Origin: Eledone cirrhosa
Taxonomy: Eukaryota
Reading direction: 5' to 3'
Assembly: GCA_964016885.1 (NCBI GenBank)
Contig: OZ024747.1
Location: 80,166,001-80,230,000, forward strand
DNA length: 64,000 nucleotides
The translations under genes were made by a program, and so were the position numbers. Every line of letters starts with the position of its first letter. Position 1 is the stretch's first letter. Shown in pieces: positions 43,136-57,487 of this stretch. The notes below the pieces were generated by a model. That model was not told the origin of the DNA. It worked only from the letters and a program-made list of their open reading frames with translations, and did not search any database.

Positions 43136-43808
43136 ACATTCAACAACAAAACAAATCTTAATACCTTCACATAAAACAGGAAGAATTTCCAAAACTGATC
43201 AGATTAGAGCAAACATCACGAGCACTCTATCTCAAAATTATTTTTGAAAAGCATAAGAAATGCGCAACCGGTAAAAACTTAAAACTAAAACTGAATACTA
43301 ACTAATACTCATTACTAATTTATTCTTATTCCTAATTAAACAATGTTTTCACTGGGAAAAATTTGTCAGCATTTTCTTTTCCTATTTACTAATATATATA
43401 TAAGCGTGTTTGTGATTCTATGTATATTTGCGTCTGTATTTTGAACGAATGAATAATACAAATAACATATAACAGATTAAAAGCTAAATAAAACAAGACG
43501 AAAAAGAATAAAACGAAGTCTAAGAAGAAAAAACACCCCTACACTCGATTAATATTAATAATGTTATTATTTTATGTATCAATTTTGGCGAAAAATATAG
43601 AATCGAGTTTATTGCTTTGCAGAAAATAATTCGAACAAATGTTATATTTTGGTATTAGAACTTCATCGAGGTTAGTATCAATTGTCCGAGATAATTTTTA
43701 ACGGATGACTCCACATTTCAAGAAAAAGAAGGAATATTTAGACATTTTGTTTGAATTTTATATTATTATTTTTGAGTATATATATATATATGTATGTATG
43801 TATGTATG

Positions 43809-44483
43809 TTTTCTCTTTCTCTTAATTTCGAGTATAGTTTTTTGACCGGCCACCCTCCTGGTGGCAAGGTTGTAAACGAAAAGAAATTGTCATCCCTTGA
43901 ATCGCAAGAATGTTTTGCAAATTTTGAAGGTGCCAGCTATCGCAGCCATTTGTAGACTATGAATTAGGGAGCTGCGCTTTTTGTCCGCAAATCCAAGTTC
44001 AGTCATACTTTGGTCCAAGCGGGTTGGTATATAACCCGTAGCACCAATAATGATGGGTATGAAGCTAAAGGTGTATCTTGGATACTGGATTTGTAAACTC
44101 CTCATCAATGGTCCGTAGATGTCCTCCTTCTCCTGTATTTTTCTGACAACGTTTACATCAAGTGGGCAGCTGATCTCCACAACAGAACACGTTTTCAATG
44201 TATGGTCCCAAACTACAATATCAGGCCGGTTGTGCTTTAATTTGGTGGCAGTTTTTATTTTCAGGTTCCACCAGTATTCCTTAGTGCCATCTGTCTCAAT
44301 ATATTCTTCCTCGTTTATTCTTAATTTTGTTTTCCGAAGTGCGTTCCAGATGGTTCTAGCTATCCCATCGTGTCTCATGGGGAGGTAGTAGCGAGATGAC
44401 ATTCTTTCGCAGCTGGCAACAATGTGGCTTACATCCTCGATCTTTGTTTTACATAGCCTACATTTATTGTCAGCTGCTGGCCC
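43809..44483 (-). mobile_element. 3' fragment of an R4/Dong-like LINE (CCHC + RLE)
   Basis: CRLCKTKIEDVSHIVASC, RHD, HNRPDIVVWD..VVEISCP. (TATG)n on both flanks. Confidence 0.92.
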
Positions 44484-44580
44484 TATGTATGTATGTATGT
44501 ATGTATGTATGTATGTATGTATGTATGTATGTATGTATGTATGTATGTATGTATGTATGTATGTATGTATGTATTTGCAT

Positions 44581-44631
<51 letters not shown>

Positions 44632-45067
44632 AATACATATATATATATGTATATATATATATACGTATGTATGTGCATGCATATATATGTATATATATTT
44701 AGTTATGTATGTATATATACGTGTACTTATGTGTACATATATTTATATATGTATGTGTATATGCACATATGTATGTATATTTATATATCTATTTATCAGA
44801 ATATATATATACATATATATGGATTTGTATTTATATAGTGTGTGCGTATGTATGTATATATGTTTATGTGTAGATATCTCTTTGTCTGTATATCTACGTA
44901 TATGTATGTACGTGTGTGTGTGTATGCATATATCTTTCTCTATATGTGTATATTACTTCATCTTTTGGCTCGCTTTTTCTTTCGGTTTAAACTGTTTTAA
45001 GATCTTCCGTTTGTTTCACCTTCTACAACGTTAACAAGAAAAACAGTGAACTCTCTTTATAAAAATA

Positions 45068-45259
45068 ATTGTTTCTACTTTTGGCACAAGGCCAGCAATT
45101 ACCCAGTACATTACTGATACTTTATTTTATCGACCCCGTAAGGATGAAAGGCAAAGTTAACCTTGGCGGGATTTTAACTCAGAATGGAAAGGGCCGTAAC
45201 TCTATGCCTCAAAGCATGGTGTCCGACTCTCTACCGATACTGCCAATCCACCGCCCTTT
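45068..45259 (-). mobile_element. tRNA-derived SINE (same family as 3385)
   Basis: Full-length copy next to (TAA)n-like sequence. Confidence 0.88.
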
Positions 45260-45575
45260 ATATTAATATTAATAATAATAATATTAATAATAAATAATAT
45301 TAATAATAATAATAGTAAAAACAATAATGCTTTCTTTATTAACCACAAGGGTTTATATAAAGTAGACATTAAGGACAGTACAGGACAATACAGGACGGTA
45401 CAAATGGGCATTTCTGCGTGTAAAAAAAACAGAGGATGTAATAAAAAAATAACAATGAAAAATTCCCCAATAGGGGGGAGATTTCCGTGAGACATTTGTG
45501 GAGAAAGCCCATTAAAAGGCCACAGTGACCCTGTCCACCAGGGCAAGTGCCCTCTCCCAGTTTTCCACCTTTAAT

Positions 45576-47777
45576 TTACAGACACATACTCCAGGTGCCG
45601 AGCTGCAGGCCCACTGACTTTTCCTGGTTGATCATTGCTCCTGTCACCACTTCATATTCTCTTAGTGTAGTGCCGATCGCCTCGATGTATTTGGCGTTCG
45701 ACACCACTATGGTGACATCGTCCGCATATGATGACACGGATCTTCCGCATCCTAGTTCGCGCGGGACCCCCTCAACGTCTCCAGTTTGTGCAGTAATGGC
45801 TCGAGAGTCAATACGTACAAGAGGGACGAGAGGGGACATCCTTGGCGGACCGAGCGCATGATGTTGAACGGTTCCGAAATGTGACCGTTCACTCTCACCA
45901 CAGAGCAGATGTCGCTGTGCATGGCAGCGATCCAGCCTCTGAAGACGGGCCCAAAGCCAGCCGCTCTCAGGACTGCCGCTAGGTAACGATGGTCGACCCT
46001 ATCGAAAGCTTTCGACTGATCTAAATTGATCAAGGACCCACCCGTGCCAGGTTCCCTAGTTACCCTCTCTACGATGTATCGCATGAGGTGGAGGTTGTCG
46101 TGGATGGATCTGTCGGGAATGGCGCACGTCTGCGCCTCTCCCACCAGACCACCAACGACAAGCGCCAACCTCTTTGCTAGCACCTTGGCCAAAATCTTGA
46201 ACTCTGTGTTTAGCAGAGTTATGGACCTGAAATTATCTGTTATCCCCCTTGTTCGGATCCTTTCTCAGCAGCGCCACAGCTCCTCGGCTCACAGAGCTGG
46301 GAATTCTCCCGTTCTGTTGCCAGTTGCAGTAGACGTCCGCCAAGAGGCCTCCGAACAAGTCTGGCATCTGTACGTAAAGTTCATAGGGCAGACCATCCAA
46401 ACCAGGCGATTTACCCCTTGTGCAGCCAGTCATTGCCTCCCGTACTTCAGCGGCTGTTATCGGCTTTTCGCAACACTCCGCCTCAGTGGCCGAGAGCCGC
46501 GGCAGTCCGTCGAGGTAGACACTAAAGTCCATCCCTCGATCCGGCCCGCCGCTGCCCCCGAACAGCTGTGCGAAGTGTCGCTGAAAAGCTTCACACATTT
46601 TCCCGGGATCGAGTAGCATGCGCCCGTCGTGGTCCACCAAAGACCGGATCGTGGTTTTGTTGCCACGACGCGCCTCCGCCACTCGGGCCAATTGAACGGC
46701 TTTCGTCTCCTCGTGTCTGAGAGGACGCACCCTAGCTCTGACAACGCAGCCTTCGTGCTTTGCATTGAAGAATTGGTCAAGGGCCAATTTCGCCGCAAGT
46801 ACGTTAGTCGCGATGCTTTTCCTAAGCGCCTCGTCTAATTTTCTAACTAATTCTCCCTCTGCTTTATTTTTCCCTATTGCTAAAGCCTTACTAAACCTAA
46901 TGGACTCTATTCTAATTGCTCTTTTCAGAGCAAACCACCACTTGTTGTTGACGATGGCCCCCGTCAACGCCCGCTTAACTAGTTCGCTAATCCGGTCTCT
47001 GTAGGCCTTGTGCGCTGGTAAGGATGCATTTAGCTTCCAGTAGCCGGGTCCTCGTCTATGAAGCCTATCTAAGTCAAGCACACAGATCACGAATTTGTGG
47101 TCCGTGTAGCTGACTATTTTGAATTGTGGACAGCCTAAGCTAGACCTATCGATTTCCCTACAAAATACTCTATCTAGATATGACCTGGATGACCCTATGC
47201 GATTTGTCCAAGTCCACATTGGCACATTCGGGAAATCCAATCGGTACCTGTCAGACATTTCAAAACGCCTGAGCAGGTTGGTGAGGCTCTTGCACCCTCC
47301 TCCCCTATCCGCTGATCCAACACAGTCCCAGCGTGCATCTAAGATCCCGTTCCAGTCGCCCACTAACACTAAAGAGCGGGAGGTTCCAAGAAAGGTCTCC
47401 AGACGCCGGAAGAAATCAGGCCGCCCTGCTCCTGTCGGGGCATAGACGGCCACTAGCCTGAAAGCTTGCCCGTCTCTGCTGGTCACGTCCAGCACCACCA
47501 ACTTACCTTCTGGGTCCAGGAAGATGGCCCGTATGGCGAGATCAAAACCTCTCCGAAAAAGCATAGCAACTCCTCCCTCCGATCCCGGACGGCTGGGAGA
47601 TGCGTACACATCGTAGCCGCCGAAGATCGGTGCGAAGGCCCGTGCTTCGGAGATTCTGGTCTCGCTGATGGCCACTACATCTATGTTTAGTGACCTGAGG
47701 TCGTTGAGCAGGTGGCCCTGCTTCCATGACGACCCCAAGCCACGCGCATTTATGCTGCCTATTCTGAGTGAGGTCAT
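45576..47777 (-). pseudogene. Tx1 ORF2 (APE endonuclease + RT), frameshifted near 46233 and 45790, C-terminus deleted
   Basis: SINARGL, ISET, VYAP, GDWN, SYLDR, TDH, YWKLN, KSPGLDGLP, LDQSKAFDRVDH, VRQGCPLS, SYADD. Confidence 0.93.
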
Positions 47778-47811
47778 GTTGAAATGGAGTGGAAAAGATG
47801 GGAAATACCAC

Positions 47812-49193
47812 TTACCTTACTTCTCGTAGAGGAAGGATGGTTTGTCCATCCTTTTCACTGCTTGTGGCCTCCTCCGGAAGGATGTCCTTATAAATTCTCC
47901 TGGAGAGTGTTTGTCGGAAGTCTCCGATGTCTTTGGGGAATTTTTGTTTTAGTGTCGTGTACGTTTTCTGTGGTGTGATGCGAGTGATTTGTATGTGTGG
48001 AGGAGGTGTGAACTTTTGGGTTGTTGTGTAGTCTTTTTCTGTTATGCTGGTGTTGTGTTGGATGTAGTGTAATAATTGGTTGTTGTTCAAATTTAATGCT
48101 GTGTAGTGTGTATCGTTTTGGTTGTTTTGTTTTGTTTGCGTTTGTTGTGGGTTTGTTTCTGTTTCGCTTTTTGGTGACTTTTGTGGTGTTGGTGATGGTG
48201 GTGTTGGGGTTAATGATGGTGATGGTGTTGGTGTTTGTGGTGATGGGGTTGGTGATGCTGGTGTGGATGGTAGCATATCTGTCCTAACTTTTTTGTTTGA
48301 TAGTTTATTTGTTTCCCTCTGTATTTTGTTTTTGGAGGGGGAGGGAAGAGAATTTTTTCTTTTTTGGTTTCTTTTTTTCTTTTTTCCAGATACCCTTTCC
48401 CACTCCTCGTCGTCACAATCTGTCTCCAGTTGTGATAGGCCGGGGAGTGGAAAATCCTCCACAGGCGTTGATTTTGGTTGTGGCGTGGTGGATGATGTAG
48501 GCGCTGGTGCTAGTTCTGGCGCGTTGCGTGGTGGTAGTGTTTGTTTTGCTACTGTTGCTGGGGTTGTTGCTGTTACAGCTGCTTCTGTTGTTGCTGCTAC
48601 AGTTGTTGCTGCCATCTCTGCTGCTGGTGGTGTTGATGGTTGAGTTACTGGGGTGGGTAGGAGAGGTGGCCTCAACCTTTTAGCCTGAGAGCAGAAAGCC
48701 CTTAGGTGGGTTCCTTCACCACAAACGACACACCTAGGCCTTCTGCCCTCGACAATTACGGTGAGGTGGCTGCCGTCAGTGAGGTCTATTACCTCTGGGA
48801 TCTCCTCAATGCTTTTTTGGTCCGCTTGGATCAGGAGCTCCGTCCCTGATCCGGACCAGTTCTCCTGCTTTTCTTTCGCTATTTCGATTATTGGTGTTGG
48901 CTTCGATGCCGGCGAGGACGGCAGTTATTAACCAGAGAATTTCGGTGGGGGGTGAGGCTGACCCTGTACCCATCTTTCTTTACCATTTTTTTGGTTTCTT
49001 CTAATTCCTCCTGAGTTACCTGAAATGCTTCGCACTGTTTTGCTGCTCTGGTAAAACTCACGGTGGTTTTCTTAATGTCATTGTTGCTGTTGTTGTTATC
49101 GTTATTTTTGTTATTATTAATTTTAGTTTCAGTTGTGGTGGTGGTGGCGTCAGTGGTGTTCGGTGTGGAAGAGCTCATTTTGGTTGAATTCAT
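47812..49193 (-). pseudogene. Tx1 ORF1 (CCHC knuckle, Pro/Thr-rich and basic regions), disrupted
   Basis: Manual translation near 48690-48735 gives CVVCGEGTHLRAFC. Also WERVSGKKKKR. Lies directly upstream of ORF2. Confidence 0.75.
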
Positions 49194-49678
49194 TTCGATA
49201 TCACGGGTTAATTAATTTTTTTCTTTTGTTTCTGTTGTCGCGGTGGTGGTGGGGGTGGTGGTTGTCGCGGTGGTGGTGGTGGCGGCTTTAACACCTGCAG
49301 TCATTGGTAATGGCGGGAAATGAATGTCTGCCTGAGACAAATTTAAAATATTGCTACTGCTTATATTTTTAGTGTTGGCAAACGTAGTAATATTTACAAT
49401 GGTGGTGTCGGTGTGATGTGTTAGTATGTGAGGAAGGAGTGACTCTGAGTCATCCATGATTTTACAAAGAAAAATTTTTGTTTGATAATTATAAAAGTTT
49501 AAATTTTGGGCTCAAGGCCCCAATCTTTTTGGGTGTCCTTTTCAGATAACAATGTATATGCACTTATATACAGTTAACAATAAACATTTTCCATGAATGG
49601 CAATTTTAAACAACTGAAAATAACAAACCTTTACAGAGCTCACGATGATACGATTTACTACGTAGGTCGCCAATAATG

Positions 49679-49719
<41 letters not shown>

Positions 49720-51475
49720 CTTCAAGATGGCAGATAATATCAGACAGTTGTTGAGCAAAAGTATGAAGTCCTGGGAAACAGAGTTAACATCGGGTGGAGA
49801 ATCCGTGGGAGGCGTGAAGATCAAGAGAGGTATCTTCCAGGAAGATAGTTCGCCCCTTCTGCTGTTTGTCCTTGCCCTGATACCCCTGACCATTATATTG
49901 TGAAAAGTGAGAGCAGGATATAAGTTGGGAAAGGGAGAGCTTACCATCAATCACCTCCTCTTCATGGACGATCTTAAGCTCTTCGGGAAGAGTGAGAAGG
50001 AGTTGGATGTGCTTGTTGACACTGTCCGTATTTTCAGCAATGATATATGTATGCAATTTGGTATTAGTAAGTGTGGAGTCCTTGTGATGAAGAGGGGTAA
50101 ATTGAGCAGAAGCAACGGAATCCAGGTACCAACAGGTGAGATGATAAAGGAAATTGACACTGAAGAAGGATACAAGTATTTGGGTGTTCTGGAGGCTGAT
50201 GACATCAAGAACAAAAAAATGAAGGAATTGATAAGATCTGAATACATTCGGAGAGTAAGGAGCGTATTAAAGTCACATCTGAACAGTAGGAATGCCATAA
50301 GTGCAGTAAATTCCCGAGCTGTGTCTATTATTAGGTACAGTGCGGGAATTCTGAGATGGAATGTTGCTGAACAAAAAGAAATGGATAGGAAGACTAGGAA
50401 GCTATTGACTATCTACAACATGTTCCACATGAGGAGTGATGTCGATAGACTCTACTTAAGGAGATCTGAAGGTGGAAGAGGTCTTATCAGCATAGAGGAC
50501 TGTGTTCAGATGGAGAAAAACAACCTACACAAATACGTGACTGATAGTAAGGAGCCAATGCTCAGAATTGTACTGAAGGAGAGGACAATAGACCACGGGA
50601 TGTCCAAGGAGGAAATAACAACAAGGAGAAAGAGCAGCCTTCATGAAAAATCCCTTCATAGTACCTTCTTTGAGAAAACTGAATTCAGAGATCCACAGAC
50701 ATGGAACTGGTTGAAAAGAGGAGACCTTAAAAAGGCTACAGAAGGAATGCTAATGGCTGCGCAAGAGCAGGCCCTCAAAACGAAGTGGTTGAAACACCAT
50801 ATTTACAAGGAGGAGGCTAGCCTACTGTGCAGGATCTGTGGAGAGAGAGAGGAGACTGTGGTTCACATTGTATCCGAGTGTTAGCACCTAGCCCAGACTC
50901 ACTATAAGGGCTGGAGACATGATGTGATGGGCAGGGTGATCCACTGGCACCTATGCAAAGTAAACAATTTACCCCATTCTGAGAAGTGGTATGAGCATAA
51001 GCCAGAGTCGGTGATAGAAAACGATCAGGTGAAGGTGCTATGGGATTTTAGGATACAGACGGACAATAAATTAGAACACAATAGGCCTGACCTGGTGGTT
51101 TTGGACAAGGAAAAAAGATCGTGCCTGATTGTGGATGTGGCCTGCCCATTCGACACGAGAGTGCAAGAGAAGGAGAGGGAGAAAATTAATCGATACCAGG
51201 ACTTAAAGTGGGAGGTAAAAAGGATTTGGAACTGCCATGAAGTCAAAGTGGTCCCGATTGTCATTGGCGCACTAGGTACTATCTCAAAAAGTTTCCAGGG
51301 ATGGTTAAAGAAAATTGGCCCCGCCACGCTTTTTGGAACGCTTCAAAAGGCCTGCTTGCTGGGAACAGCAAGAACCCTCCGATACGTCCTGAATATCTGA
51401 GGCTGCACGTAGTGGCTTGATATTCATTTCAACAAACTTTCCAGTTAACTAACATCAATGACTGAGACTCAAAGA
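49720..51475 (+). mobile_element. 5'-truncated R4/Dong-clade LINE (RT-CCHC-RLE) in (TAA)n; one frame with 2 stops
   Basis: RGIFQEDS.PLLF, HLLFMDDLKL, YKYLG, GGRGL, CRICGEREETVVHIVSEC, RHD, HNRPDLV..VDVACP..EKINRY. Stops at 49901 and 50882. Confidence 0.93.
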
Positions 51476-51505
51476 ATAATAGTAATGATAATAATAATAA
51501 TAATG

Positions 51506-52260
51506 CTTTTTTATTTTAATTTTATTAACCACAAGGGTTTACATAAAGTAGACATTAAGGACAGTACAGAACAGTATAGGACGGTACAAATGGGCATTTC
51601 TGTGTGTAAAAAAACAAAAAACAGAGGATATAGCAAAAAAGAACAATGAAAAATTCCCCAATAGGAGGGAGATTTCCGAGGGCCATCGTGGAGAAAGCCC
51701 ATTAAAAAAAAAAGCGACGGTGAACCTGACTACCAGGGAAAGTGCCCTCTCCCAGTTTTCCACCTTCAATTTACAGGCATATACTCAGAGTAGATCCATT
51801 CACTCGGGCCATTCTTGCCTCTCTCATCCATCTTTCAACACAATGCTGGGAAGAGAGCACTTCCCTCTCTACCCTGATTTTCCTTTTCAAATGAAATTTG
51901 AAAAAGTTAATCAGGGCATCACCGAAGAGGTAAGTGCTCGTCTTCAGCCCTTTCAGACGCGTCCACCATACTATCTCTTTCGCCATGGCCACCAGACAGA
52001 TAAAAACTGCCTGCCTTCCCGGCTAAAGGATGAGGGCAGGGCAATCCTCACGATGGACTCAGCTGATAGCCGGATCCGTTCGACACGCGACAGCAGGTGT
52101 TCGACATAAACCCACAAGTCAGCAATGCTCGGACACTGGACGAATGCACTTCGGTGCCTGTAGAGTTTATCCCGAACTGGCAAAGCTCCTCGGTAGCCCT
52201 GCCAGGCCAGGGATTTCTGGAAATCGTCCATAGGCCCCGGCCCGAAAATTCTTCCGAAGA
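51506..52260 (-). mobile_element. Tx1/L1 3' fragment in (TAA)n
   Basis: MDDFQKSLAWQGYRGALPVRDKLYRH..AKEIVWWTRLKG. The 3' UTR matches 45331-45575. Confidence 0.88.
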
Positions 52261-52261
52261 G

Positions 52262-52321
<60 letters not shown>

Positions 52322-52347
52322 TATTTAAATAATAATATTAGTAATAA

Positions 52348-52679
52348 CTAGCAGACTGGCCCGGCGTTGCTCGGAATTTGCTCTAGGTTTCTTATATATT
52401 TGATATATATTTATCCTGCTCGAGCCTCATGAAGTAAATACGTTTGTTTATATTTTGTTATTGTGTATGCAAAAATATCTGTACACGAATATATAAATAA
52501 CAGTACAGAAAAGTACGGAATACCTCGGCCTCAGGCTGGTGTCTACATTTTGTGCTTATAAAAAAAGTTCATCGTACATTACCAGGGTTTTTTTCCGTTC
52601 GAAGAAAATCAATAATTTATCGCGAAATAAATACTTTTGTCTATATGTGTATGCAAAAATATCAGTACACGAATATATC

Positions 52680-52778
<99 letters not shown>

Positions 52779-53381
52779 TAAATCTACCAAAATATACGGT
52801 AGTGTCCAATCCGTATGAAGAACTCAATGTAATGCAAATATAGAAGATATCATAAAAAGAGAAGATGCACTCAAACATTTTACGATAAAAATCATAGGAA
52901 AACAAAGTCAAGATAAAATTAATAAAAACAATGAAATAAATACTTACATTTAAGTAACTGCCGTACTAAGAGTGAGAAATGAAATTTCGTTTCATTCTAT
53001 TCCATTTATCGTTTTCGGTGCGCCCGGCCGACTAAACTTACTCGATATGCAAATTTGGCTGCTCAGCCGTTAATATGCATAAGGAAAGTATATACTTTCA
53101 GACGTTCAACCATCTGGCAGGAAGGTATACGATGCTGACGATATCTAATAAGCTTGAAACTAGTACATCGTTCCTGTGTCAGTGTTGAACAAAAAGGTGA
53201 CGTGGTTGCCTAAACACCGTACGGCGTAATTCGGGCTGTTTGTTTGTTTACAAACAAACCGAGCATTATATAAATGTTCGTTAAACCGATACGTGCATAT
53301 ATATATGTGTGCATGTATGTATATATATACATACTACTGTACGTCTGTATACATATATGTATGTACCTATACATACATACT

Positions 53382-53472
<91 letters not shown>

Positions 53473-53958
53473 TATATTTATTAAAATAACAGATTCAAGT
53501 TTAAGCAAAGAATCGCTGCTTTCACCCTTAACGGGATCTTCTGAAACTAAAATATAAAATCTGTGAACGCAGAAGTAAATATTTCGAAAAACGTTATACA
53601 CTATATATATACGCACAGTATATATACATATATACACGTACACACACTGATCGCGTCATAATGACGTAATGCAGACAGTCCGGCTTGCAGACAGATATTA
53701 TAAGGGCGCAACGTAATATCTATGTATCTATCTAAAAAGAGAAATACTAAGAGAGAGAGAGAGAAAGAGATCGCTAAATCGCCTAATGCGGTCCATAGGG
53801 CATTAGAAATTTGAATTTTTTTCTCAGAACATTCAATAGGACCATAAGTACTACATGTGTAAAGTTTGAAAACAATCGGTTGGGTGGTTCTCGAGTTTTA
53901 GTGATTGTACAGACATACAGACAGACAAAACAGACATTCTCTGTTTTAGTAATATAGA
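52348..53958 (-). mobile_element. Non-autonomous Helitron, copy A
   Basis: Minus strand reads A|TCtatattactaaaacagag ... hairpin ccgagcaacgccgg ... CTAG|T. Confidence 0.82.
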
Positions 53959-54635
53959 TAATGATAATGATAAATGATAAATGATAATAATAATGATTTC
54001 TTTATTGGCCACAAGGGCTGACATCAAGAAAAACATTACAGACGGTACAGGACGGTACGATGTGGGTTTTGTGCGTGTAAATATTTTTATTATTTATATA
54101 AGAAAAGAAAAAAAAGACATAGAAACATATATATATAAACAATGATAATAACAATAATATATTTTAATAATAATATTAGTGATAATAATAATAATAACTG
54201 TTTCTACTTTTGGCACAAGGCCAACAATTATCTCAGTTTATTACTGGTACTTTATTTTATCGACCCCGTAAGGATGAAAGGCAAAGTCAACCTCAACAAT
54301 AATATATTTTAATAATAATATTAGCAGTAATAATGATAATAATAACAATGATATATTTTTATAATACTAATAGTTATGATAATGATAATGATATATTTTC
54401 ATGATAATAATAATAATAATATATTTTTTATAATAATAATAGTAATAATAATGATAATAATAATGATATTGATAATGATGGTAATGATGGCGACCTCTTT
54501 GAATTATTTACAACCGTCTTTTTTCCTTCTTAATATAATAACACGGCCAACATCAATGACAACAATGACAATATTTATAGGTTCTGTCACAGGCTGGTAC
54601 CTCACACGAGGAAAACTATGAATCTTTGATAATAA

Positions 54636-54667
<32 letters not shown>

Positions 54668-55271
54668 ATATTAATAATAATAATAATAATAATGATATTA
54701 ATAATAATAATAATAATAATGATATTAATAATGGACATCATTATAAGAATAGTAATAGCGTTGATAATGATGATGATGAAGATGATGATGATTTATTACA
54801 TTGGTACAAGGCCATAGATCTATAAGCACCAACACGAAAATCAATTTAATCGATTCTAACATATAACTGTTACTTATTTTATTGACTATAGGGATATATA
54901 TAAAAAAACTTCTTTTGAAGTATTTACTCCGAGTTTTGACATAATTGTTCGAAAATCAAATTAAAATGAACAACAAAAAAGACAAAAATTGAGACACGAA
55001 GTAACTATTATAGAACACACACACACATATATATAAACACACATGCACACACACATACACACACACACACATATATATGCATATATATCACTTAAAACAC
55101 TTCCTGAGGGATCATTCTTTCGTAATTACTATACAATTCACACTCAGATAACGTGCAGAACCTGAAATATAACGATATTTAACGATACGAATTTCTCCAT
55201 AAAATGAAGTGTACTAGAAAATTATAGACCCTACATTAATGGGTAAAAAAAATGTCACTTATGCACGGCCA

Positions 55272-55318
55272 AAAATAAAATAGAATATCCTAAGCCTTAG
55301 GATATTCTATTTTATTTT
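55272..55318. repeat. Perfect 23-bp inverted repeat with a 1-nt spacer
   Basis: aaaataaaatagaatatcctaag c cttaggatattctattttatttt. Confidence 0.9.
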
Positions 55319-55697
55319 CCTTCGGACCTAAGGAACCTACCTTTTAACAAGAGATGCTTAAATAGTCGTTTAGATTTCTACAATCGCTGCTCTCATGAAG
55401 CAAAATTCGTATGTATGTATGTATGTATGTATGTATGTATGTATGTATGTATGTATGTATGTATGTATGTATGTATGTATGTATGTATGTATGTATGTAT
55501 GTATGTATGTATGCATGTATGTATGTATGTATGTACCTAGGTGTATGTGTGTGTGTGTGTGTGTGTATTATGTATGTATGTATGTTATACTTTTATAAAG
55601 TATATTTACGGTAAGGGAAATGTAGCTAGCTTATAAACCCACGAACACACACAGACACGCACGCACACAAACATACACATACATATGTATATAATTG

Positions 55698-55756
<59 letters not shown>

Positions 55757-56405
55757 TCACACAAAACTCATACAGCCACAGAGATATGTACATTCACGTG
55801 CATACACATCTACACGCGTATATTTATGTGTATAGTGTATATAGGGTATAAGTGGGAATATATCCCGGTTATATAGAACTAATGTCTTGAGTTTACTTCT
55901 ACCGAGAATGGGTTTTCTGAAACATATCTCCGGTAATCATTGTTTTAAAATAACATTCTAATTGACCATTCATGTGAACTAACGTTGATGCGTGATATAA
56001 TTTAATGTTACGTCGATTTCTTTACTGTGAGGGAACTATTGTATTGTATATTTCGTCACTGTTAATTACCAATTGTTTGTTATCAGAATTAGAGCTAGAC
56101 TGAGACAAACGAAAGCGCGGAGGTAAAACCTTTAATGCCAAGTAACTGATATGCTAACAACATTAGAAACTACATCATCTGCATTTAAGCCATTATTCCT
56201 TCTAAAGCAGGGGTTAGCCATGTAGACCCATTGTTATTGAATTCATATATGGAATAACACGCATTAAATGTCATAGATAAAAGAATAAAAAGGTTAAATA
56301 CGAAAATCAATATTAAATAGTAAATGAATATTACAACCACTTCTCTCCCCTTGGAAAGGTTTCATGGAATAAGGCTTGTGCTAGATACTTTCAAACTTCT
56401 GTTTA

Positions 56406-56511
<106 letters not shown>

Positions 56512-56997
56512 GTAGAAGTTATATTTAATTTGTTGGGATACAACAAGCAAATATTTTTATAATTGATATAACAAATTTTTGGAATAAAAATACAATATAT
56601 TAATAAATGGAAACTCTATTTATAAAACCATATTTATTTCATTATACATATTACAAGGACACCAAAGCAAATTATGGTGCGCTTTCATCAGATAAAATAT
56701 AATATAGATCAGTTTTATAAACAAATATTGACATACCCTTAAAAGAATGCGACCATGCCTGTTGGAAGCTCCCGGACTATCCGGGAGCTTCCAACAGGCA
56801 TGGTCGCATTCTATCCGGGAGCTTCCAACAGTCATGGTCGCATTCTTTTAAGGGTATGTCAATATTTGTTTATAAAACTGATCTATATTATATTTTATCT
56901 GATGAAAGCGCACCATAATTTGCTTTGGTGTCCTTGTAATATGTATAATGAAATAAATATGGTTTTATAAATAGAGTTTCCATTTATTAATATATTG

Positions 56998-57000
<3 letters not shown>
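56512..57000 (-). mobile_element. PLE-type fold-back palindrome with tail, family A
   Basis: Arms span 56590-57000. Central hairpin 56745-56811 with a 34-bp duplication at 56812-56845. CTGATGA at 56899. Tail 56512-56589. Confidence 0.88.
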
Positions 57001-57060
<60 letters not shown>

Positions 57061-57487
57061 TTACGGCTATCTACGTTCTGAGTTCAAATTTCACAGAGAT
57101 CAACTTTGCCTTTCATCCTTCCGCGATCAATATGATAAACGACCTCTTAAATACCAGGGTAGATACATTCGACTTTTCCCTCTCTCGATAAAATTGTTGG
57201 CGTTGTGTCTAAATTCGAAAGCAATATCAACCGAACAATATCCCCAAAGTATTACTCCGTCTGCCAGGTGGATAGATAAATGAGAATAAGAAGAAAGAAC
57301 ACAGTTTGTTACAAAATACAATGACAAAGATAATAGGGAAATGAGTAACAAACGATACAGATGTTTATTAAACAAAGTTAAACTCGGCAGGTTTTGAACT
57401 TAAAGAGCCATAACTAAGTACTCCAAACATTTTGTCCGACGGCCTAACGATTCTGCCAATCCACCAACGTTTTGTTAGATTATATAA

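Larger units (their letters stand above)
45331..49460 (-). mobile_element. Near full-length Tx1-clade L1 LINE with an internal deletion
   Basis: ORF1, ORF2 (APE-RT) and a 3' UTR ending cttgtggttaataaagaaa. The 5' boundary is approximate. Confidence 0.92.
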
